Origin: Flavipsychrobacter sp.
Lineage (GTDB): Bacteria; Bacteroidota; Bacteroidia; Chitinophagales; Chitinophagaceae
DNA: 64,000 nucleotides
Assembly: GCA_016786565.1 (NCBI GenBank)
Contig: JAEUVY010000127.1
Location: 4,476 to 68,475 of the forward strand
Reading direction: 5' to 3'
In this document: in pieces, positions 18,353-26,433 of the stretch
Layout: every line of letters starts with the position of its first letter
How positions within the stretch are numbered: position 1 is the first letter of the stretch
Position numbers and translations under genes: made by a program
The notes under the pieces: generated by a model
Database searches by the model: none
What the model saw: only the letters and a program-made list of their open reading frames with translations
What the model was told of the DNA's origin: nothing

Positions 18353-21300
18353 CTACAGAACCTTTTCATTGTTAATTCTCTTTAGAACATCCTCAACTAG
18401 AAAATCAGGAGGGAGCGGTTTAAAATCTCCCTTTGTGTGAGTAATTGAAAATTTCTGCCTCTGAAATTCACGCAGCGTAGTTAAATTAATTTTTGCCGTT
18501 AGAATAGCGTCATTTAAACCGCCTTTCAATTTTAATATGTCTTTTCTTGCAGATTCCACAGGTTGAGTTAATCTTGTGTCCCCGTATTGGCTTGTGTTTA
18601 CCTGTGCAACGTAAACATGCAAATCTCTTGACCCCGCTTCGACAATATTGGAAAAATACGGAGTGTCTTTGTTCCATTCAATACCTATCAGCAAATCAAT
18701 CTTTCCTTTCATCAAACTTCGATGCAACGCATTTGCCAGTTCAAAGCAATAAAATGATGAAAAATAGATATTACGCCATACAAAAATATCATACCGATAA
18801 GGAGAAGGTTTGGGAACATTATAATGATTACCCTCAATTAGTTCTTCTTCAATATGGGCATAATGATTTTTAAGCCGGAAAATGACAACTGAATCTTTAA
18901 TGCCGTTTACTTCAACAGGTAAAATAGTAACAATGAAATTAAAACAAGCTTTATCAATAGTAATATGTTCTAAACCAGTTACCGTTAACAGGTTGTTTTT
19001 CTGGGAATGTCTTACTAAACTAGATAGTAAGTTAACCGGTATGAAGAATTCCGGGAATAGTAGTATTTCAGTCCGAGCCTCTCTTGCCTGCCGTAAAATC
19101 GCTGCTAATTTTTGATACCTTTCAAATTCCAAATTGGGCGTATTCCTAACACTCCTTATGATGTTGTCTAATTTCACTTCAGTGTTGGCAAATGCTATCT
19201 TGGGTTCAGGCAATTTGTCTGACGAATTCACCCTTAGCTCTTGTATTTGCGTCGGCATTATATTGTCGTATGATACGGGATCGGTATTTCTTACATAAAA
19301 TTGATTTCTAAAGTGCTTATCTTCTAGTATATACGCTGGAATATGATTTTTATTCGCTCGTTTGTATAACTCAAATGCATCTTCTAAATAAAAGTGGTCC
19401 TTTGAAGAACTTTCCACGTTTTCCGTTCCTTCATCATCAATGGTTGATGTATTTAAAGTTAGTCCAAGAATTTTTGTGAAAGTGTATCCGTTATCTATAC
19501 GATCGACCTTTTTCCCAGCATCAGCAAGTTCGACAAATACAGTTGCCATACAGCATTCAGAAAACTTAATTGGTCTCGGTGAGTCTTCGATCAAGTTCAT
19601 ATCCAACGCATAGTGTTCTAAGTCTATGCGGAGAGAAGCAAGATTGATATTTTTCAACTTTGACTCTTTGGTATAGTTCAATAAAGGATGAACAACGTAA
19701 TGATGCCTAATCATATTAGTTTCCCTGAATCGTTTTCCCCAAAATGAGTTCGGCTTTGTTGCTGCGAACCAGCTACTTTCATACTCGCGTTCAATTTTAT
19801 TTATTTGAAATTCAAAATGTCTAGCCGCCTTTTTTGCTTTTGAGATAAATTCAGGGTTTAACGAAATTGCTATCTCGTGAGCGCAATCGAGATAGTCAAA
19901 TAAGGTAGCAAATATCTGCTTCTCCTTGACTTGTGAATTTTGAAGATTAACTGAGATTTTTTCTAATTGCCCAAAACAATGCAGATAGAATGACACATAT
20001 GCTTCCGCGTGATTGTTTACAAGAAAGAATGTAAAAATCCGCTCCCATAAGCGATAAAAATTGAGACAATTAGTCCCTCTAAAGAACTTAAGAACTTGGT
20101 CACGTTCAGAAGTAGAAATTCGCTTTTCGTGGCGCAACGCACTAAATATTTTGTTTGCCAAATAAACGGTAAGTCCGTAGCGATTCTCCTTGTAGTCTTT
20201 AAGAGTTCTAATTTTCCCTTCGGTGCCGTCATAGAGGAGATGATAGGCGCTTTCTTCGAATGTTTCTTCGTTTTCGTCTTCTTCAGGAAAATCACGAAAT
20301 TCACTCGTGCGTTCGTCCAGTTCCTTTTTGAGTTTATCGATCACAAGATTTGATTCTTCATGATCAAAATAGTACAAGAGAGACTTTTTGCTTTGACAAT
20401 AAAGAGAAGAGTAACCAGACAACTTAAATACTTTATCCGCCTTCCCCTCCTCGCAATCATCTTCATTTTTAATGTGTGTTGCCTTATTAAAGTGATCCGG
20501 GGCATCAACCAACTTGATTACAGGGTGGAAATTCGGCAATACGAATTTTTCCAATTTAGTCATGTCCTCTTTTTCGAAAGAGACCTTTTCGTTTAAATCA
20601 TCTTTATTATCATTGACCTCGCTTTTATATTCCTCGAAATCAAAACGCAGATTCTTCACCTGTTCAAGATCGTGATAGTCAAGCTGTGGATCCGCAATCA
20701 CAATTAGAATGTCGTCAACGTACCGACCATAGTAAGCGGGCTTAATTATCTGCTTTATTCGACTATCAAACTCTTTCAAATATTCGTTTGCCAACACATA
20801 TGATGACACCAAGCCTATTGGGAGTATTACCTCAGTTTTCGCACCCTTCGCATTTTCTTTAAGGTCAACATAAAAATTGTAAGGAACTTGATATTTTTGG
20901 CCAACTAACGCGGTGTATTTCTCATGTATCTTTAAAAAAATCTCCTTTAAGTTATAGTGACTGTTTAATAGGGGATTCTTCCTTTTGCCTCTGCCTTCGA
21001 ACAGCTTAGTTGTTTCTATTCTTACAGAATGGAAATAGTCTCTTATATCCAAATTCAAGAATAGAACATCCTTATCATTATCCAAAATGCTTTGCGCCGC
21101 TTTAATTGAATCATCTCGCCATTTCTTGTACTGTGCATGATATGGCTTAAACAACCCCGACCCTTGCACAATCTTTTCATGGTTCTGAGTCAATAACAGT
21201 CGATTACCCAAACAACTATCGGAGAGGTCGCCATCGAGTTCCCTACCATGTTGCATTATCCATAGAACGGATAACAGGTGAATCTCAACCGGTGCATTAA

Positions 21301-21691
21301 TAAACGCTGTTACGCGGTCAATTTCATAGTTTTTTTCGACCCTTTTATTTGTGATAAAATTATCTTCAAGATTGTTTTCATTAATCCCCTTTATATAGAA
21401 ATCAACATCAATCTGATTTATAAAATAATCAAAGAAGGAAGGATTAGAATGATATTCATTTAATCCAGAGGTAAACAGTTCCAACTTCTCATCTACAGAA
21501 AAAAGTTTGGAATCAAATATATCGGCATTGTAGGGGGCATCCTGACTAAAAAAAATTGAAGTCCAATCTTTTGTTCTATTTGTTTCAAATTCAACTAGCT
21601 TTTTTCGTAGAATAATATCGGTATTGTCATAATAAACATATGATTTTAATTTGTTGTAAGCTTCTTTAACTTGTGAAATGTCGAATGTCAT
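18353..21691 (-). CDS. Reverse transcriptase-nitrilase fusion protein (UG1/DRT type 1-like defence-associated RT)
   Basis: Residue numbers follow the 1120-aa track ORF; the ATG at 21691 (codon 9) is the likely start. RT motif A LNLDIRDYFHS (D223). Motif B-like LPIGLVSSYVLANEYL. Motif C YGRYVDDILIV (YVDD at nt 20711-20722). A long helical middle region follows. The C-terminal C-N hydrolase-like triad contexts are LLFPEFF (E889), FRLKNHY (K949) and SFYCFEL (C990, nt 18746-18748). The gene is visibly AT-rich compared with its flanks. Confidence 0.85.
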   Translation of the reverse strand: MTFDISQVKEAYNKLKSYVYYDNTDIILRKKLVEFETNRTKDWTSIFFSQDAPYNADIFDSKLFSVDEKLELFTSGLNEYHSNPSFFDYFINQIDVDFYIKGINENNLEDNFITNKRVEKNYEIDRVTAFINAPVEIHLLSVLWIMQHGRELDGDLSDSCLGNRLLLTQNHEKIVQGSGLFKPYHAQYKKWRDDSIKAAQSILDNDKDVLFLNLDIRDYFHSVRIETTKLFEGRGKRKNPLLNSHYNLKEIFLKIHEKYTALVGQKYQVPYNFYVDLKENAKGAKTEVILPIGLVSSYVLANEYLKEFDSRIKQIIKPAYYGRYVDDILIVIADPQLDYHDLEQVKNLRFDFEEYKSEVNDNKDDLNEKVSFEKEDMTKLEKFVLPNFHPVIKLVDAPDHFNKATHIKNEDDCEEGKADKVFKLSGYSSLYCQSKKSLLYYFDHEESNLVIDKLKKELDERTSEFRDFPEEDENEETFEESAYHLLYDGTEGKIRTLKDYKENRYGLTVYLANKIFSALRHEKRISTSERDQVLKFFRGTNCLNFYRLWERIFTFFLVNNHAEAYVSFYLHCFGQLEKISVNLQNSQVKEKQIFATLFDYLDCAHEIAISLNPEFISKAKKAARHFEFQINKIEREYESSWFAATKPNSFWGKRFRETNMIRHHYVVHPLLNYTKESKLKNINLASLRIDLEHYALDMNLIEDSPRPIKFSECCMATVFVELADAGKKVDRIDNGYTFTKILGLTLNTSTIDDEGTENVESSSKDHFYLEDAFELYKRANKNHIPAYILEDKHFRNQFYVRNTDPVSYDNIMPTQIQELRVNSSDKLPEPKIAFANTEVKLDNIIRSVRNTPNLEFERYQKLAAILRQAREARTEILLFPEFFIPVNLLSSLVRHSQKNNLLTVTGLEHITIDKACFNFIVTILPVEVNGIKDSVVIFRLKNHYAHIEEELIEGNHYNVPKPSPYRYDIFVWRNIYFSSFYCFELANALHRSLMKGKIDLLIGIEWNKDTPYFSNIVEAGSRDLHVYVAQVNTSQYGDTRLTQPVESARKDILKLKGGLNDAILTAKINLTTLREFQRQKFSITHTKGDFKPLPPDFLVEDVLKRINNEKVL

Positions 21692-22528
21692 GGTAATAGT
21701 TTTTAATAAAAACAATTGAATTTGTTTCCAACAAATAAATAATTATAGCCGAATTTTCCCGTAATTCCTTTTCATGCAAGTATTCCACTTACCTTCTGTC
21801 TGTTTCCGTGATATCTGATTCAGAACTATTGAAATGGCGTTTTGCCATTAGATTCGGCCGTTGGGGTGACAGATTTTACGAAGTAAGTGTAGCTTTTCTC
21901 ACGCTGGAGGTGTATTGCCGCATTCATTTCCTGATTCCTTGTCCGAATTGCTCGGGCCTTGGGGTGGTATCCGCTTGTTAGCCATGGTAGGTGATTTTAG
22001 TTAACCAAAAGTAGTTAAGTTTTCGTTTTTACATAATATAAAATGTATTTTTTTGTAAGTGTAAAGATTCAGGTGTGGCAAAACATATCACCCATGCTGT
22101 AACACTCTCACTTGCCTTATAAAAATGGCGTTAACAAAAATGGCGGAACGCAGCGGCAGCAAAATCTATGGAGGTAGATGTTCCAAAGCTGATAGTAGCG
22201 AGGGCACAGTAGCGAAAACGGCAACGATAGATATCTACATTTTGCAGCGGAGTGCAGACATTTTTTAGCCAATTTTTATACAGCCATGATCTTTTGGTTC
22301 TTTTGTATCAAGGCCCATTTGGCGCAAGTGTTTTTTACTTGTGTCTATCATTCTTGCAAGTGTTTTCCACTTGCAAACCTACCTTTCATCTTTTTTCTGT
22401 CATACCCCACAATTCGCTCTATCATAGATTTTCTTTTTGCTCTGTAGTTATGCAGGATGTAACTTGTATTGATGTTGAAAGAATTCGTGGTTCAGATTCT
22501 TATATTGCATAATAACGTTACTTCTCGG

Positions 22529-22551
22529 GCCTGTCCCGAAAGCATTCGGGA
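22529..22551. repeat. Hairpin unit GCCTGTCCCGAAAGCATTCGGGA (copy 1)
   Basis: Identical 23-mer at 22838-22860. It contains the stem TCCCGAA/TTCGGGA. Confidence 0.8.
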
Positions 22552-22560
22552 TGCGCAAAG

Positions 22561-22680
22561 GTGCGCAGGTTTTGGGAAGCAGTGGGAAGCAAATTGCGCA
22601 CCTGCTTCCCACCTTTTTATTGAGAATCAATGAAATAGATGAAAAAGGCGCAGTAACAAAAAACTGCGCAGTTTCGAAAC
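22561..22680 (+). repeat. Core repeat module, copy B1
   Basis: GTGCGCAGGTTTTGGGAAGCAGTGGGAAGCAAATTGCGCACCTGCTTCCCACCTTTTTATTGAGAATCAATGAA...AACTGCGCAG. The GGGAAGCA/TGCTTCCC hairpin plus T-tract looks terminator-like. Confidence 0.75.
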
Positions 22681-22837
22681 AAAAGAAGGGAATTCTATTT
22701 GGCGGATGTGCTAGTTCTCAGGAGATTTCTCTCTTCGCTCGCGCACTCGCTGCATTCGAAATGACGGGTACAATTGGGCAGCTTTTACTAAAACCCTCAC
22801 GGCGCTCATTCGAGGTGTCCCCCTCCTGGTTTGGAGA

Positions 22838-22860
22838 GCCTGTCCCGAAAGCATTCGGGA
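22838..22860. repeat. Hairpin unit GCCTGTCCCGAAAGCATTCGGGA (copy 2)
   Basis: Identical to 22529-22551. Confidence 0.8.
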
Positions 22861-22931
22861 GGATAGGGGTGGTTTATGGTGATTTTATTTCACGTCTCAC
22901 CCTGCGCAGAAGCCTGCCTGCCGGTAGGCAG

Positions 22932-23044
22932 GTGCGCAGGTTTTGGGAAGCAGTGAGAAGCAGTGGGAAGCAAAACTTCCCACATACCCATTGATAATCA
23001 ATGAAAACACCCCGAACTGCGCAGAACAAAAAAATTTCTCGCAA
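22932..23044 (+). repeat. Core repeat module, copy B2
   Basis: GTGCGCAGGTTTTGGGAAGCAGTGAGAAGCAGTGGGAAGCAAAACTTCCCACATACCCATTGATAATCAATGAA..AACTGCGCAGAACAAAAAAATTTCTCGCAA. The hairpin is kept (GGGAAG/CTTCCC) but with a different loop. Confidence 0.75.
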
Positions 23045-23188
23045 TCCTGACGGGAAACAGTGCGGAGGGTATAAGAAATGATGTTTGTCAGTGATGTTTC
23101 AGGGCATTAAGATTAACTTTGTTAGGTTCGCCTTGGTTGGCGGCAAGGGGTGCGCGGCACCCTTTCTGAACACACACATCACACATTA

Positions 23189-25822
23189 ATGATAGACACA
23201 CCTCGGTACAAAGAGTTGCAGGAGACTCTTGCACAACAAACTGATGAAAAAGGCCGCATAGACACGCTGGTGGATATGGGCGTGGAGATACGCAGTATAG
23301 ACGTGGAGCATGCGCTGAAGATGGCGGAAGACATCATATCGCGCTCCAAAACAGTGGGCTATGCGCGGGGCATAGGCCGCGGGCTGAACCTGAAAGGATC
23401 TTGCCTGTCGCTGCAGGGCCTCTATGATGATGCGCTGGCCATTCTGCGCGATGCCCTGTCTATTGCCGAACGCATTAAAGACAAAGGGCTGGAAGCAAGG
23501 GTGCTGCACAACTTCGGCAACATCTACCGCGACATGGGCGACTTTGCCAACGCGGTGACGCACTTTGAAAAAGCGCTCACCATAAACGAAGAGATAGGCG
23601 ACGAGTACGCGCAAACGGTGATACTGACCAGCATATCGAACCTGCTGTATGACCTGAACGACTACGACAGCGCGCTGGAATATGCGTTGAAGTGTCTGCC
23701 GATATTTGAGAAAGAGCACAATCGCGCCAATCTCACCAACATCTACAATACGTTGGGCAACATCTACTTCAAAAAAGAGGTGTACAAAGAAGCCCTGCTG
23801 TACTTTCAGGAGAACCTGAAACAGTCGGAGCCCGAAACGGCAGCCTATGTGATGGCAGAGAGCGGACTGGGCAAGGTATATTATAAGATGCAGGACTTCG
23901 GCAATTCGTCTAAGTTCCTCACCGATGCCCTGCGCGAAGCGCAGTTGCTGGGAAATGTGGAGGTACAGATCATTTGCCACTTCTACCTGGGCCGTCTGTA
24001 CATGGACGACGGCAATTTCCGCCAGGCGCTGCAGTCGCTCAACTCGGCCTACAGCCTTGCCGACGAATACTCTCGCCGCCACGATCTGGTGAGTGTGCAC
24101 GAAATGCTGTCGGTGCTCTATGACAAGATGGGCGATATACCGCAGGCGTTCCACCACCTCAAGTCATACGAGCAGTTGAAGGAGGAGGTGTTTCAGCAAA
24201 AGATCATCAACGAGCTGCGCAACCTTCAGGTGCGTCAGCAGATAGAGCTGGCGAAAAAGGAGAAGGAAGTGGCCGAGCGCACCGCGCAACTGAAGCATCA
24301 GTTCATGGCCAATATGAGCCACGAGATACGCACGCCCATGAATGCCATTATAGGCATGGCACGGCTGCTGCTGTCCAAGTCGCCACGGCCCGACCAGCTG
24401 CGCTACCTGAACGCCATTCAGATATCGGCCGATAACCTGCTGGTGATCATCAACGACATTCTGGACGTGTCGAAGATAGAGGCCGGTAAAATAGTGATAG
24501 AGCATATAGACTTCTCTATACGCGAGGTGCTGCAGAGCGCCACCGATATGCTGATGCTGAAAGCTGAGGAAAAGAGCATTGGTCTGCGCCTGACGGTGGA
24601 CCACAATCTGCCACGCCGCCTTGTGGGCGATCCCACCCGCATCAACCAGATCTTGATCAATCTGGCGGGCAACGCGGTGAAGTTTACCGAGAAGGGATCG
24701 GTAGAGGTGATCGCGTCGGTGGCCAAGCAGGAGGGCAGCAAACTGTGGGTGCGCTTTGATGTAAAAGACACGGGTATAGGCATAGCGAAGGAACACCTCA
24801 ATTCTATATTCGACAGCTTCACACAGGCCGGCGCCGATACCACGCGCAAGTTTGGCGGCACGGGTCTGGGGCTTACCATCTGCCGCCAGTTGGTGAGCCT
24901 TATGGGTGGCGAGATAAGTGTAGCATCGGAACTGGGTGTGGGTACCACATTCACCGCCATTGTTCCGTTTGAGCAGGCCGCGGTGCAGGAAGAAGAAGTG
25001 AAAAGTAAGGTGCTGGACGAGCGCTCTATGAAGCGACTGAACAACCTGAAGGTGCTGCTGGTGGAAGACAACGAGTTCAACCGCATGGTGGCCGACGATA
25101 CACTGAAGGAAGTGCTGCCGGGCATAAGGCTGCACATGGCCGAGAACGGCAAAGAAGCGGTAGACTGCGTGAAAACGGAGATGTATGATGTGGTACTGAT
25201 GGACATACAGATGCCGGTGATGGACGGAGTGACCGCCACTACCCTCATACGCAATACGCTGCCCGAGCCCAACCGCAATGTGAAGATCATAGCCATGACG
25301 GCCAATGTGATGCAGGAAGATGTGCAGCAGTATTTTGAAGTAGGCATGAACGGCTACATCTCAAAACCGTTTCACGAAGACGAACTGCTGCTGAAAATGG
25401 ACGCGGTGATGACGGACGCACCGGCGGAACCAAAAAAGGAAGAACCTGTAGTGGTGAAGAAGGAAGAACCACAGCTACCCGTCCTTCCAGACAAGGTGAC
25501 GGATATGCAGTTCCTGCGCCAGCTGACCGGTGGCAATGCCGAAAAAATGCAGAAATACATCGGTATGTTCCTGGACAATGCGCCCAAACTGCTGGACAGC
25601 ATAGACAAAGGCCTGGCCGCCCGCGACTTTGGTACAGTGAAGATAGCTGCCCACTCGCTGAAGCCGCAACTGTCTTACATGGGAGTGAAGGAAGACGTGA
25701 GCAAGATATTCCTCATAGAGCAGAGTGCAGGCTCATCGGCCCACTATGACGCCATACCGCCGCTGGTTGCCAACCTGAACCGTTTGTGCGCCAAGGCGTT
25801 TGAGGAATTGAAGCAGCAATAA
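23189..25822 (+). CDS. Hybrid sensor histidine kinase/response regulator with N-terminal TPR repeats and C-terminal HPt domain
   Basis: TPR-like repeats (..NFGNIYRDMGDFANAVTHFEKAL..). H-box FMANMSHEIRTPMNAIIG. ATPase G-boxes DTGIGI and GGTGLGL. REC domain VLLVEDNEFNR..DVVLMDIQMPVMDG. HPt ..AAHSLKPQLSYMG. Start taken at ATG 23189. Confidence 0.93.
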   Translation: MIDTPRYKELQETLAQQTDEKGRIDTLVDMGVEIRSIDVEHALKMAEDIISRSKTVGYARGIGRGLNLKGSCLSLQGLYDDALAILRDALSIAERIKDKGLEARVLHNFGNIYRDMGDFANAVTHFEKALTINEEIGDEYAQTVILTSISNLLYDLNDYDSALEYALKCLPIFEKEHNRANLTNIYNTLGNIYFKKEVYKEALLYFQENLKQSEPETAAYVMAESGLGKVYYKMQDFGNSSKFLTDALREAQLLGNVEVQIICHFYLGRLYMDDGNFRQALQSLNSAYSLADEYSRRHDLVSVHEMLSVLYDKMGDIPQAFHHLKSYEQLKEEVFQQKIINELRNLQVRQQIELAKKEKEVAERTAQLKHQFMANMSHEIRTPMNAIIGMARLLLSKSPRPDQLRYLNAIQISADNLLVIINDILDVSKIEAGKIVIEHIDFSIREVLQSATDMLMLKAEEKSIGLRLTVDHNLPRRLVGDPTRINQILINLAGNAVKFTEKGSVEVIASVAKQEGSKLWVRFDVKDTGIGIAKEHLNSIFDSFTQAGADTTRKFGGTGLGLTICRQLVSLMGGEISVASELGVGTTFTAIVPFEQAAVQEEEVKSKVLDERSMKRLNNLKVLLVEDNEFNRMVADDTLKEVLPGIRLHMAENGKEAVDCVKTEMYDVVLMDIQMPVMDGVTATTLIRNTLPEPNRNVKIIAMTANVMQEDVQQYFEVGMNGYISKPFHEDELLLKMDAVMTDAPAEPKKEEPVVVKKEEPQLPVLPDKVTDMQFLRQLTGGNAEKMQKYIGMFLDNAPKLLDSIDKGLAARDFGTVKIAAHSLKPQLSYMGVKEDVSKIFLIEQSAGSSAHYDAIPPLVANLNRLCAKAFEELKQQ

Positions 25823-25916
25823 GCGCAACTAAGGGCGCTTTTTGCCCGAATGTGACGTAGATATTTTGATTTTTGAAAATTTCAATTTACTTTTCTAAAC
25901 AATTGAAAATTATTTT

Positions 25917-26420
25917 ATGGCAGCTGAACAAAGTAAAAGGTATATTTTTCTGGTGGACGACGAGCCCATTCAGAATGAAATGCTTAAAGATTACATCTCT
26001 GAGCGTTTCAGTTACCAGATCAAGACATACGAAAGCGGAGAAACTGCTTTACAAGATATGCACCTGAACCCTGAAGTAGTGGTTCTCGACTTCCACCTGA
26101 ACGCTCACCTGCCCGATGCGCAGAACGGAGTAGAGGTGCTGAAGAAGATAAAAGAACAGTATCCTGCCGTACAGGTGATCATGCTTTCAGGCCAGGACAA
26201 ACTGGAAGTAGCCATCGACAGTATGAAGCATGGCGCCTACGACTATGTTATAAAGGGTGAGACAGCGTTCTCTCGCATGGAGAACATCTTCAACAACATC
26301 AACGAGTTAAGCAGCATCAAATCCGCCAACGAAAACTACAAGCGCGTGATAACTATGCTGTGGGCAGCTATAGCCGGTGTGGCACTGCTGGGTATGGGTC
26401 TGCTGTACATCTTCCGCTAA
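25917..26420 (+). CDS. Single-domain response regulator with a C-terminal transmembrane helix
   Basis: REC domain YIFLVDDEPIQ..VVVLDFHL..VIMLSGQ..K. C-terminal hydrophobic VITMLWAAIAGVALLGMGLLYIF. Confidence 0.8.
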   Translation: MAAEQSKRYIFLVDDEPIQNEMLKDYISERFSYQIKTYESGETALQDMHLNPEVVVLDFHLNAHLPDAQNGVEVLKKIKEQYPAVQVIMLSGQDKLEVAIDSMKHGAYDYVIKGETAFSRMENIFNNINELSSIKSANENYKRVITMLWAAIAGVALLGMGLLYIFR

Positions 26421-26433
26421 AAAAAAGTGGTGA

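Larger units (their letters stand above)
22415..22782. repeat. Right copy of the imperfect inverted repeat of about 360 bp (partner 400-752)
   Basis: See 400-752. The inner ends (752 and 22415) correspond to each other. Confidence 0.75.

Noticed and set aside
22529-23044. Possible CRISPR array, suggested by the recurring GGGAAGCA.. and GTGCGCAG motifs.
   Set aside because: The repeat units are over 100 bp, imperfect, irregularly spaced, only two or three in number, and present in inverted orientation 22 kb away. There is no short-repeat/spacer periodicity and there are no cas genes.
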